DNA from: Eledone cirrhosa
Lineage: Eukaryota
Direction of reading: 5' to 3'
Assembly (NCBI GenBank): GCA_964016885.1
Contig: OZ024742.1
Coordinates: 153,760,001 to 153,824,000 of the forward strand
Length of the DNA stretch: 64,000 nucleotides
Made by a program: the position numbers and the translations under genes. Within the stretch, counting starts at the first letter, position 1, and each line of letters begins with the position of its first letter. The notes under the pieces are model-generated. The model did no database searches, was not told the origin of the DNA, and saw nothing but the letters and a program-made list of their open reading frames with translations. Of this stretch, positions 27,198-41,681 are shown piece by piece.

Positions 27198-27562
27198 TTA
27201 TGTGTGTATGTGTGTGTATATGTGTATATGTGCGACTGTGCGTGTGTGTGTGGAATTGAAATTATTTAAAAGCATATTTCCTCAATACGAGATAGGAATC
27301 TCTTGCTCTAAATTCCCTTATATCATCAAATTGGAATCGTTAGGAATTAAACTTTATGAAAAGAATTGTACCACTTATATATATATATTTTATATCCCAT
27401 TTGTAATTTTCCTTTGTCGAAATGCATCCTGAATATTTAGAAATGCTAACATTTCCCACGATCAATTGAGTTTAAACGTAAACATTTTAATATTCTCACA
27501 TATCAATGAATTTTGATTTAATCATCTGGTTTAAACAAATTACTTTGTAAATGATATATATA

Positions 27563-27627
<65 letters not shown>

Positions 27628-28184
27628 GTATATGTAAATTTACATATATATTGCTGAATATACATGTATATTTTTAATATCTGTTCCAATTTCTTACGTG
27701 TTCCCATCGTAACTGCCGATGTAGACTTGTACACAGAATTGCTAAAAGTTATGTACGTGTTCTATATCTTCTGAAATAAAAACGTGAATCAATTGCTCTC
27801 ACAACGTCATCCACCGATATACACATACATACATTTATACACATAACATACTATTTTCATTATCTTGCATTTTCATTGGTCTGCGAAAAACATATGAATC
27901 TTTTAAAGATCGTCGTGCCTCTATGTTTGTGAAGTATATCTTGAATACATTTCTTATAAATCTGGACTATTTACATAAATATTAAAAAGATACTTCTTGA
28001 AAATATCGTTTCCATTTGTAGCGCACACATTGTTATATCTGTAATATCACTTATACAACTGTACATCACTTAGTTACCTCTACAACCATCTCCATATGAC
28101 TGTTATTCTCCATGTTTCTCCACATTTACACTCCATTTTGTTTTATATATATTCACATGGTTGCCCTTTTTTAAAGAAACTCAC

Positions 28185-28247
28185 ACAAGGTATTAAATAC
28201 TACGTCTCCATATTCTTTGAATTTCTGGAAATCCCTAATGAGAAATG
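28185..28247 (-). other. Candidate 63-nt symmetric host exon (FLIRDFQKFKEYGDVVFNTL)
   Basis: TTTATATTCAG acceptor, GTGAGT donor, open frame, phase 1-1. No recognised homology. Confidence 0.2.
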
Positions 28248-29520
28248 CTGAATATAAAGTTCATCAAAAATTTGATGATTTCCAAATATCAGAGTCTCTG
28301 CAGCTCTACTACATCTTCCTTTTCTGCTATAGAATGCGTATAATGGATTATCCGGTAAGATCATTTATTATAAACATTCCTAGTTAATTTGATTGCTTGG
28401 TGATTGTAATCGAGCATGATCTGCCTCCCAACTGGCTGTCATGAAACTTTAAAACGCGGGTATACTAATTGGACCTCGAATGTCTTCTCATTAAGCAACA
28501 AATGAAACAAAAATTCATGGTTTTACTTTATCATTCATTAATATACACGTATAAGTATGTATGTGGTTAATAACAAGGGACGTGAAGGATTTTGAAACTT
28601 TTACGTATTCAGCTTGGCAGATATGTAATTTTCAGGTCAATATATTTGAAAACACAGGAAAGGGTAAAGACGTATTTGCAATTATTTGGATTCAATAGTT
28701 TGCAGAAATTAAGACACTGCCAGGTACCGTACAGAAATGCAATTATCAGGAAATTTATAGACACTAAGAGTAGAATGAAGTGACTTGTGGATAATAGTGA
28801 CATATGGTAGCTTTGCAACACAATCAACGTACGATAAATGATGTTAAGTTAACGACTGAAATTTCTGGGAAACCCAAGCTCAAGACATTTGATCTCGCTA
28901 TAAAACCGATAATAGCCTCTGCTACACACCACTACACATATGCTTTATTAGTTTCAATGATTGAAGTTTCGGAAAAATATCTAGCGTTAACAATTAGCTA
29001 CAACTAAATGAAGATGAAATATTCACACAGCCATTTAAAATATCAGCTCGGAGAATACGAAAATAAATTTTCGATATTTGATAGATTATAATAATATTAG
29101 TATCAAACAATATTTCGTTTATTATATATACGAGCAGAAAAACCACCCCACGTGTGGTTTTCTGCTGGCATGTGTAGAGTGTATACGCAAGTATATATAC
29201 ATGTAGATATGATACATCAAATACAATCGTAATTGACAATATACACAGAAATTGAACGAAGTCTATGTTACACTGTCTTCTGTAATCTGTAAAATGATAC
29301 ATTAAAAGAAAAGACGATATTATATATAAACTGCATTAGGAGAAAATTAGCGACGGAAATATATGCGATTATAAGTGTTACAATATAACGGCCGCTAACC
29401 GGAAGTGTTGACATTTGAAAATGTTAAAGAAGTACATTTTAAAGGTCTTTAAATAAGCTATAAAATATATTTAATCAACAGCCACGAAATTTAGCACATA
29501 CATTATGTAATATTCATTCA

Positions 29521-29705
29521 TTGGATTGGCAGTATCGGTAGAGGGTCGGACGCCATGCTTTCCAGCATAGTTACGTCCCTTTACGATCTGAGTTCAAATC
29601 CCGCCGAGGTTGACTTTGCCTCTCATCCTTACGGGGTCGATAAAATAAAGTACCAGTAGTGCACTGAGTATTTGCTGTCTTGTGCCTAAAGTAGAAACAA
29701 TTATT
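29521..29705 (+). mobile_element. SINE
   Basis: Near-consensus copy. Confidence 0.9.
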
Positions 29706-29922
29706 TATTCAAAGTAATCCAACTTATTTTACAAACGGGGAAATAAATATATTCTGGACGCAATCCCGCACTCCTTTCTTTATTATAGTTAAGTTTGAAT
29801 CAATCAAAATGAAATGAGAGGTTGAAATATCTATATTGTTCTTAATGATTATCACTAATAATGTAAATTATTTTCATATATATATAGCATTTTCTAACAA
29901 AACCACATGGTCAGCGGTCTAT

Positions 29923-29976
29923 GAAGAAGAAGAAGAAGAAGAAGAAGAAGAAGAAGAAGAAGAAGAAGAAGAAGAA

Positions 29977-30007
<31 letters not shown>

Positions 30008-30052
30008 AAGAAGAAGAAGAAGAAGAAGAAGAAGAAGAAGAAGAAGAAGAAG

Positions 30053-30081
<29 letters not shown>
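29923..30081 (+). repeat. (GAA)n microsatellite
   Basis: About 53 units with one interruption. Confidence 0.95.
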
Positions 30082-30083
<2 letters not shown>

Positions 30084-30329
30084 TGTTCATGTAAATCCCT
30101 TACCGTAATAACGGATCAGATGTATAATAACGACAATAACAAAATACATAATGGTAAATAGTTTGATAAATCATAGCTGTTGTACGCCAGTTTTCTGCGC
30201 AGCTTATTGTTCATCTTTGTCAAAATAGAATTGCTTGGTAAACAAAAATTGAGTTTAAATGTCAGGCCATCAGAAGGAAATTAAGTATATAAAAGGTGAA
30301 TCATTGTATGCTATGAAAAAACGTCCATT

Positions 30330-30424
30330 GTACACACAATTTCTCTCGAGAACTGTAAATGCATACACTAACACACATACATATACATATAATTGTGTAT
30401 ACATACACACACGCGCGGGCACAG

Positions 30425-30497
<73 letters not shown>

Positions 30498-30748
30498 TGT
30501 ATATATAGAGACATATATATGCATGTGTGTATGTATATATATAAAATACGCCCCACACACACACACACAAGTTCTCTCGAGAACTGTAAATACATACACC
30601 AACGCACATACATATATATATAATGTTGTATACATACACACACGCGCGGGCACAGACACACACATATATATATATATGTACATGTATATATAGAGACATA
30701 TATATGCATGTGTGTGTGTATATACATAATATACGCCCCACACACACT

Positions 30749-30800
<52 letters not shown>
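30330..30800. repeat. Local duplication of a ~230-bp microsatellite-rich unit
   Basis: TTCTCTCGAGAACTGTAAAT...CGCGGGCACAGAC...ATACGCCCCAC occurs twice. Confidence 0.8.
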
Positions 30801-30954
30801 TACATATACATACAGATATCCCACCATAATAACGGATCAGATGTACTATTAATAAGAACAATAACAAAATATGAGTATTTTCGCTGTTTCGAACATATTC
30901 TTACTTGACATTACAATCTCTAAGTTTATCTAATTTGAATGGGAAAACGCGGGT

Positions 30955-31026
30955 GATGTGTTGGTGTAAATGGTAGCACAGTGGTCTGGATAACCAAAGA
31001 TGTGGGTTCGACTCCCATGTACGTCA
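30955..31026 (+). tRNA. tRNA-like pseudogene or orphan SINE head
   Basis: Cloverleaf with GATGTGT/GTACGTC acceptor (wobble-rich), GTGT/GCAC D stem, TGGT-CTGGATA-ACCA anticodon arm and GTGGG-TTCGACT-CCCAT T arm. A GGA anticodon with a short variable arm is atypical. Confidence 0.5.
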
Positions 31027-31160
31027 ATACTCATCTTTTTCCATTTATCCGAGGGTTATTAACCCCACTATCAGGCTAAATAATTTCTTTGATTTCTTTA
31101 GTCAAAATACGGCAATAGCTTATATATATAGAGAGATATGTAATAAACATAACTATATTT

Positions 31161-31214
31161 CATTTACCAGTGGTTTCTTGAAAGCAAACAAATTTGCTTT
31201 CAGTCATCAGAATG
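31161..31214 (-). ncRNA. Type I hammerhead ribozyme in a dispersed repeat (31155-31325; copy at 36475-36642 on +)
   Basis: CATT-CTGATGA-C.TGAAAGCAAA-TTTG-TTTGCTTTCA.A-GAAACCACTGGTA-AATG. The + copy (36585-36638) has the core mutated to CTTATGA. Confidence 0.8.
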
Positions 31215-31405
31215 GAAAGAAACCTGGTGTTTTTATTGAATGTCGTTTCGAAAAACAAACATATAAGGAATATGAAAGTGAGGCTGGAGGAAGAATAAGA
31301 AAAGGAGAAAAGAAAAATAAATATATAAATATAAACACACACACACACAAGCACACACACATATACATATATATATATATACCTACACATACACACAAAA
31401 CACAA

Positions 31406-31444
<39 letters not shown>

Positions 31445-31479
31445 CACACATATATATACACATACATATATATATAATA

Positions 31480-32652
31480 TTTCCAGATACCTTTTAAACG
31501 TAAATTTCCGTATTTATTACTGTTATGAGATATTGTTTGTTATTTAGGTATCGCTTCTCTGTTTTTAGCCTCGGAAAATATCTATATGCGTGTGTAGTTA
31601 ATACATGCATACATTTATTTTTTTGGAATTAATTGAGTTCTTAACACGCACGATTGATAATGTTTTTGAAAAAAATAATTAACCCACGTGTATATTATTT
31701 TACTTTCTTGTGACTCGCGATTGCCTCCCTTTTCCGCTTTCGTGACGCTATGATGTTTCCTCAGTCTAAAGACTGATGGAATTTCAAATTTGGCGGTCAT
31801 TTGATGCGTGAGAGGACGACTTAGCGGACATGAAGAATAACTGCGGTAAGACATTTTTTCTTATATCAAAGTTTAATGGGCATCCACTGATTTATAAGTG
31901 CCCACCTACATATGTTCTTACAGAGAAATATATGTTAGGCTTCTACATAAACCGGAAACATTCTCCCAACTTGTAGAAAACTTATAATGAAACAATTGTT
32001 TGGAAAGAGAGATATATTTTAATTTTAATTATATCTCATATAAAATAATACAACTGGCTTTCCACAAAATACACATAGTTAGCACCCCAAACACAAAATT
32101 AGGATTATACTAACGTATATCCTAATGTTTGTTGAGTGAGATGGTTACCAGTCAGAGTTTAGCTTAAAGCTTTCTCTGTTATTGTATTAAATATTTTACT
32201 CTTGATTTGGCCAGAGATCCAGATATCTTTTAAACGTAACTTTCAAATTTGGCGGTCATTTGATGCGTTAGGGGACGACTTCGCGGACACGAATAATAAC
32301 TGCGGTAAGAAATGTTTTCTTATATCAAAGTTTAATCTGCATCCACTGATGATTTATAAGTACCCACCTACATATGTTCTTACAGAGAAATATATGTTAG
32401 GCTTCTACATAAACCGGAAACATTCTCCCAACTTGTAGAAATCTTATAATGAAACAATTGTTTGGAAAGAGAGATATATTTTAATTTTAATTATATCTCA
32501 TATAAAATAATACAACTGGCTTTCCACAAAATACATTTAGTTAGCGCCCCAAACACAAAATTAGGATTATACTAACGTATATCCTAATGTTTGTTGAGTG
32601 AGATGGTTACCAGTCAGAGTTTAGCTTAAAGCTTTCTCTGTTATTGTATTAA
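31480..32652 (+). mobile_element. Tandem dimer of an HHR-bearing repeat (retrozyme/pLTR-like)
   Basis: Unit about 740 bp; the second unit has an internal deletion. Intact HHR at 32342-32466 (TCCA/TGGA stem I, GAAACAATTGTT). The first unit lacks TGA in the core. Confidence 0.8.
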
Positions 32653-32748
32653 TTATATATATATATATATATATGCTTTTGTGAGTATGTATTTTTGTGC
32701 GAGAATATGCACGTTTATGTATATGTGCTTGTGTATGTATGTATATTT

Positions 32749-32796
<48 letters not shown>

Positions 32797-33011
32797 GTTA
32801 AAAATGTACATCCATATATGTATACTGAAATACTAGTATGCATATGAATACACACACGTATACATGTGTAGATGTACCAAGTCTTTCACTGGTTACTTTA
32901 CTGTGAGTATCCAGCTATTCTGTATGTAAACACACAGACAAACCGGTTTTTAGAGTCATACTGGTTTTTGAGGAAACACCTTTCCTCTATTCTGCAGAAA
33001 GCCAGACAAGG

Positions 33012-33056
33012 AATATTGAACTAGTTTCGTTGTTGTTACAACTCATCAGCAATATT
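33012..33056 (-). ncRNA. Minimal type I hammerhead (also 33478-33522 mutated, 33943-33987 intact)
   Basis: AATATTG-CTGATGA-GTTGT-AACA-ACAAC-GAAACTAGTT-CAATATT. Confidence 0.9.
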
Positions 33057-34364
33057 TACCTATCTACCGGCCATTCTGGAGAATCGTAAAAGCACATATC
33101 GTTATATGCTTTTTCTATGAAAATTTGTAGTGGGCAGACTAATTTGCATAGAGTGTGAGTACGTACCGGTTCAACGGAGACGATAAAAACAAAAAACGAA
33201 ACGAAATTAAATTTCGTTTCGTTTGTAACTCACTTTTGTATGACTGACGCTTAAACAATTAAGTTAAAAATGTACATCCATATATGTATACTGAAATACT
33301 AGTATGCATATGAATACACACACGTATACATATGTAGATGTACCAAGTCTTTCACTGGTTACTTTACTGTGAGTATCCGGCTATTCTGTATGTAAACACA
33401 CAGACAAACCGGTTTTTAGAGTCATACTGGTTTTTGAGGAAACACCTTTCCTCTATTCTCCAGAAAGCCAGACAAGGAATATTAAACTGGTTTCGTTGTT
33501 GTTACAACTCATCAGCAATATTTACCTATCTACCGGCCTTTCTGGAGAATCGTAAAAGCACATATCGTTATATGCTTTTTCTATGAAAATTAGTAGTGGG
33601 CAGACTAATTTGCATAGAGTGTGAGTACGTACCGGTTCAACGGAGACGATAAAAACAAATAACGAAACGAAATTAAATTTCGTTTCGTTTGTAACTCATT
33701 TTGTATGACTGACGCTTAAACAATTAAGTTTAAAATGTACATCCATATATGTATACTGAAATACTAGTATGCATATGAATACACACACGTATACATATGT
33801 AGATGTACCAAGTCTTTCACTGGTTACTTTACTGTGAGTATCCAGCTATTCTGTATGTAAACACACAGACACACCGGTTTTTAGAGTCATACTGGTTTTT
33901 GAGGAAAGACCTTTCCTCTATTCTGCAGAAAGCCAGACAAGGAATATTGAACTAGTTTCGTTGTTGTTACAACTCATCAGCAATATTTACCTATCTACCG
34001 GCCTTTCTGGAGAATCGTAAAAGCACATATCGTTATATGCTTTTTGTATGAAAATTAGTAGTGGGCAGACTAATTTGCATAGAGTGTGAGTACGTACCGG
34101 TTCAACGGAGACGATAAAAACAAATAACGAAACGAAATTAAATTTCGTTTCGTTTGTAACTCAGTTTTGTATGACTGACGCTTAAACAATTAAGTTAAAA
34201 ATGCACATCCATATATGTATACTGAAATACTAGTATGCATATGAATACACACCGGTACGTACTCACACTCTATGCACAATAATCTGCCCACTACTAATTT
34301 TCATACAAAAAGCATATAACGATATGTGCTTTTACGATTCTCCAGAAAGGCCGGTAGATAGGTA

Positions 34365-34409
34365 AATATTGCTGATGAGTTGTAACAACAACGAAACTAG
34401 TTCAATATT
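34365..34409 (+). ncRNA. Minimal type I hammerhead (inverted unit)
   Basis: 7-bp stem I, 5-bp stem II, palindromic stem III AACTAGTT. Predicted GUU cut after 34402. Confidence 0.9.
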
Positions 34410-34811
34410 CCTTGTCTGGCTTTCTGGAGAATAGAGGAAAGGTGTTTCCTCAAAAACCAGTATGACTCTAAAAACCGGTTTGTCTGTGTGTTTACATACA
34501 GAATAGCTGGATACTCACAGTAAAGTAACCAGTGAAAGACTTGGTACATCTACATATGTATACGTGTGTGTATTCATATGCATACTAGTTTTTCAGTATA
34601 CATATATGGATGTACATTTTTAACTTAATTGTTTAAGCGTCAGTCATACAAAAGTGAGTTACAAACGAAACGAAATTTAATTTCGTTTCGTTATTTGTTT
34701 TTATATATATATATATATATATATATCGTTTCTGAATTTGTTTAGCAAGATTCTTTATCTGAAATCGTGTGTTGAAACCGATATTGTTATACTTTGGCCC
34801 TCCCAAAGTAT

Positions 34812-34899
<88 letters not shown>

Positions 34900-34949
34900 T
34901 TGTATGTGTATATATATGCATATATATATATATATTTACCTAAACTGCG

Positions 34950-35612
<663 letters not shown>

Positions 35613-35802
35613 TACTATCTGACACCCATATATATATATATATATATTTATTTTATTTTGTACATCTGCTTACTACGTATGTTTGTTTATTTATTTTTAT
35701 GTCTGCCTTTCCCCTCTTTCACATCGCTGTCTACCTAATAATTTTTATTCCCTTATTTTTAATTTTATATTTGACTTTATTACATGTTTTTTTATTGAAT
35801 TT

Positions 35803-35855
<53 letters not shown>

Positions 35856-36073
35856 GTATGTATGTGTGTATATGTATGTATCTGGATGTGTGTATATATA
35901 TGTATCGCCTTGACCACCTTGACCGGCCAGTCTGTCGGGCGCCAAACATCGCCTCTGGTCACAGCACGTCGTGCTGTTTTGGTCATAATAATATAACGCC
36001 TTTCCACTGGCTGGGCGGGCAGGCCGATATATATATATATATATATGTAATCATGTGTATATATATGTGTATA

Positions 36074-36142
<69 letters not shown>

Positions 36143-36207
36143 TTATATATTTATATATTTATATATTTATATATGTGTTTGTGTATTTGTGTGTATGTGT
36201 AGGTATG

Positions 36208-36239
<32 letters not shown>

Positions 36240-36241
36240 CA

Positions 36242-36425
36242 CTCAGTGCTCCTTTGGGAGCCCCTACATGGACACACTAGAAGAGGAAGACCAAGGTTAA
36301 CATATGTTGATGCCCTAAGGACAGACACTGGTTTGTTGGAGATGCAGGATATGGCAGCGATAATGAGGGACAGAGAGCGCTGGAGAGAACTCGTCCATGG
36401 ATCTTGGGAATTTTACCCGCCTTAG
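36242..36425 (+). mobile_element. RTE/RTE-X LINE C-terminal fragment
   Basis: [30 protein letters not shown]...MRDRERWR. Confidence 0.8.
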
Positions 36426-36457
<32 letters not shown>

Positions 36458-37008
36458 ATATGTGTGTGTGCTTATCTATTTATTTTTCTTTTCTTCTTTC
36501 TTATTCTTCCTCCAGCCTCACTTTCATATTCTTTATATTTTTGTTTTTCAAATCCACATTCAATAAAAACACCATGATTTTTTCCATTCTTATGACTGAA
36601 AGCAAATTTATTTGCTTTCAAGAAACCACTGGTAAATGAAATAATTATCTCATGTTGTTTATTATATAACTAATAAGCTCTGTAACCTACATAGAGCACA
36701 CTTTTTTCCTGGACCCTTACGACGGAATTACTTCATTCACACACACACATATATATATATTTATATATATGACATGTTATATATATATATATATATATAT
36801 ATTTGTTTATATGTGTGTGTGTGTTCAAGAAATGACTTCTACACGACTCGACTTGTTTTAATTGTAAGCTATGCAGATGTCAATTCTATAATAAAATATA
36901 TATGCCTTTACTCTATTAATTTTATTTTAACTGTGGTCACTAGCCGATATACATCAGAAATTCACGTATAATACACACACACACATTCACACCCACACAT
37001 ACTAACAC

Positions 37009-37090
<82 letters not shown>

Positions 37091-37216
37091 ATAAGAACAT
37101 TTATATTTATATATGTTTGATATAACTATAAATATGTAGGGTACTACTAAGTACTAGCCGGTTACCGGTATGACAAAAGGCTCAATGCAAATGTTCAAAT
37201 GTTTTACAGAGGTGAG

Positions 37217-37781
37217 ATACAAAGCGTTAAAACGATCAAATTTTAGTTTAGAATATTTATTTGCTGACAATTGTTTCTTCCAGGGGGAAGTCTGATATCC
37301 TCGGAGCATAAGGAATGTCGAAACATGTAACTAAAATCCTAATCATTTAGAACATTTAGGGGACATAATTGTTATTAGTGTCAAAACCATCATGTGGAGA
37401 GTCAGGAGTTAAAAAGATGTTCTGCTTGAAAGAACACAATTACAGGCACCACTGGTTGGAAGTGTATAATAGGTATAAGTAAAAATCACAAGGAAAAAAT
37501 CACAAGCTTGTGCTTTTTACTTATACCTATTATACACTTCCAACCAGTGCTGCGGTAATTGTGTTCTTTCAAGCAGAACATGTTTTTAACTCCTGACTCT
37601 CCACATGATGCCATTGACACTAATAACAATTATGGACCCTAAATGTTCTAAATGACCGGGATTTTAGTTACATGTTTCGACACTCCCTATGCTCCGATGA
37701 ATCCAGACTTCCCTCTGGAATAAAAAATTGTCAGCAAATAAATGTTCTAAACTAAAATTTGATCGTTTTAACTCTTTGTAT
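37217..37781. repeat. 565-bp palindrome with a CCGA-variant HHR in each arm
   Basis: Centre at 37506|37507. - arm 37262-37308: TGCT-CCGAGGA-stem II-GAAACAATTGTC-AGCA. + arm 37690-37736 has a decayed GAAAC. Confidence 0.85.
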
Positions 37782-38092
37782 ATGTATATATGTGTATATA
37801 TATGATGGCTGCCACTTCGTTATCTAGTATGGCCATTACGCGATATAACATAATAAATAATTATCAATTAATGCCATCGTGCAATGCCTGTGCGTGAACA
37901 TTTTTTTTAAGTGAGGGAAGACTGTGCACCGAGCCAATCCCACTCTCTGAGCGAAAGTAGCTATAATCCGAAAAGAAGAAAAGATCAACATCATCGGCAA
38001 CTACTGAGCCGCAGGTTTTATATCGGAGTTATCCCAGTTTCCTCAGTTGCCTTCTCCAAGAAGAATGCCCTGTATATGTGTGTATGTGTATG

Positions 38093-38142
38093 TATATGCG
38101 CGGAGACATAGAAATAGTCGAGCTGGATACCCGATCGCATAG

Positions 38143-38186
<44 letters not shown>

Positions 38187-38235
38187 CCTCGCAAACGGGT
38201 ATCCATCCCGACTATTTCTATTTCTCCGTGCATAT
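38093..38235. mobile_element. MITE-like inverted repeat around a (TA)n core
   Basis: CGGAGACATAGAAATAGTCGAGCTGGATACCCG ... CGGGTATCCATCCCGACTATTTCTATTTCTCCG. Confidence 0.55.
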
Positions 38236-38252
38236 ATATATACGTGTGTGTT

Positions 38253-38347
<95 letters not shown>

Positions 38348-39173
38348 TCACACACAAAATATAAACTTATTTATTTAGGCATAACTTCCGCACTGTCTTT
38401 CTACTTCCATCGTTTGTATAATCACCCTGAAACCAACAGCTAATTAAAACAACCATTTTACAAGTCCAAGACCACTTTGTGGAATATATCAGACTTTTTC
38501 AAAATACACAGTCATGAAAATCTCTCTCATGTCAAAGAAGTTAAACGAACATACAGATGCAGAAACTCCATAAATAATAAACTTAAAGTTATCAAATCTA
38601 ATTATGAATTACTAATAAGCAATACTGTAAAGTGGTTTGAATAAATAATATTTCAACACTGGATATGACGTTATCCAGAATGTAAATAAATATTATTCCA
38701 AAGTCAGGATGTACGGATAGTGGGAATATCTTGATATCCACTAGTTTCCATATGACACATACTTTCTAGATTGACTGTGGTCCCTGCTTCAGCTGGCAGG
38801 CTAAAATTAATAAGGTACAGGACGATTCAATACAAGAATGAGCACCGTTCCGCATTTCTGACAACCACCGAAATGTCATGGTGAATAAACTGCGAAACAA
38901 CTAGAATTGTACCCAATGTCTGACTGTACAATTTACGCGAATTTGATTTGGTAAGTTACATAAGTTTAGTGCAACCACTGAATATACTGCTACTAATAAT
39001 ATATTGATATCCTGGCAGTTACTAACAACGATTTTGCTTATTACGTTTAAAGAAACACATGACAATAAAAATAATTCTGAAATTGTCATACGATTAAAGA
39101 CTCAAAACTAGGTCGCTACGACAGGAATACCTGAAGTTATGTAAAGAATTGCTATTCATGTAAACAATAGTAA

Positions 39174-39749
<576 letters not shown>

Positions 39750-39880
39750 CTTGACTCTGTATTCCGTTTATCTTTCACCGAAAGTGATTTTTGAATGCAT
39801 CTCTTCTTTCCATGATATCCGGATTACATTGAGTTCTTCATACGGATTGGACACTACCGTAAACTCTTGGTAGATTTATC

Positions 39881-39954
<74 letters not shown>

Positions 39955-41500
39955 GAAAATAAAACAAAGAAGCCTTCAATACATCAAAAGTCTTTATTAG
40001 CAAACAATGTTTCGTCCTATTAAGGACTCATCAGGGCAATTAAATCTAAAAGAAGCACTATCGGCCAATACAAGCCGAAAACTCAGAAGAATATGGAGTG
40101 TACATACACTGAAGTATTGGAAGATTATGGGTAAAAATATATAATACAAATCACTAAGGAGGTGGATAACATCTTGAACCATATTACAAATATAGTCCAA
40201 AGCCAAAAAACTAGAGTTAAACAAAGGTGGTTATATAGATGGTTTATAGATGGTTTATTTGGATTCTTCATTGGATAACTCCCCCCCCCTCCCCCCATGC
40301 ACGCATAAACTTATTGCTAACCCCTTCAAATATATTATGATTATATTTAATCCCCTTTTTTATGCTCCTTTGATACAGTATATTGATTACGATTTTATGT
40401 TCCTTTGTATCCCACATACATTTCTTTTTTTCTGTCCACATTAGCCTACCATAATTCTGCTTAAAATCAGTTTATTAGATAACGTTATTTAAATGATAGT
40501 AGAATATTTATAGTTGATATCTTAATGTTTAGGGATTTTGATTACTTAAACCATAGCTAATATTGTATTGCCTTATTAAGTATTTTAAATATTTTCAATA
40601 TTAATTTATCAAATAGGGTTTTCTAGTCATTTATCCGGGTTGTTTCCTAAGTTTTTACTTAACTGCATGTGAGACCTAAGTAAATACTTTTGTTTTTGTT
40701 TTTTGATTTCCGGTCGATTTTATTTATTTATTTATTAATACTACTGTGCATAGTATTTTCTGTCTGGCCCTTATTCACTCATTCACATATGTGTATGTTT
40801 ACCAACCTTGTAATTATAAGTTATTATATACTATACTATGTTCATTATTTTATATTGAAGTTGTTATTCAACTCTTTGTAAATGTACTATTGATCTTTAT
40901 TACTTACCGATGATTTTATGTACCATTACTTTTAATCATTTCATTACTTCATGTTATACTGTATATTATATATACGTATTATTTTGATTTTTATTCCTAT
41001 TATGCTTATTTATATTTAAACTCTTAATAAGGTTTAATTGGTGCTGTTAATGATGGAAATGTGTATTGATGTATATGTATATGTGCGCACGTGTGTGTAT
41101 ATATATACATATGTATATTGTGCCTTTTAATTTTAATTTTAATTTTTAATATTGTTACAAGTATATTATATTATATTATATTATATTGTATTACATATAG
41201 TACTATAATTCCCGCTCTATATAACCACCTTTGTTTAGCTCTAGTTTTTTTTGCTTTGGACTATATGTGTAATATGCTTCAAGATGTTATCCACCTCCTT
41301 AGTGATTTTTATTATATATGTTTACCCATAATCTTCCAATACTTTAGTGTATGTACACTCCATATTCTTCTGAGTTTTCGGCTTGTATTGGCCGATAGTG
41401 CTTCTTGTAGTTTTAATTACCCTGATGAGTCCTTAATAGGACGAAACATTGTTGGCTAATAAAGACTTTTGATGTATTGAAAGCTTCTTTGTTTTATTTT
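39955..41500. mobile_element. PLE-type 3' fragment with an inverted terminal copy (arms 39955-40236 and 41218-41500)
   Basis: HHR CC-CTGATGA-GTCCT-TAAT-AGGAC-GAAACATTGTT-GG at 41416-41460 (+), with a mirror at 39996-40040 (-). Confidence 0.82.
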
Positions 41501-41603
41501 CTTAATTCTTCGGCTCTGTTTAATTACATTGAGCTATACCTTTTACTGTCATTTCTATAATACGAAGAGGGTGTTTAACTCCAACACGCTCCAATATTTT
41601 AAT

Positions 41604-41679
<76 letters not shown>

Positions 41680-41681
<2 letters not shown>

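Larger units (their letters stand above)
32791..34704. mobile_element. Retrozyme-like array: three 465/466-bp tandem units, a partial unit and one inverted unit
   Basis: Units start at 32791, 33257, 33722 and 34188; inverted from 34251. One HHR per unit. Flanked by (TA)n. No meaningful ORF. Confidence 0.9.
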
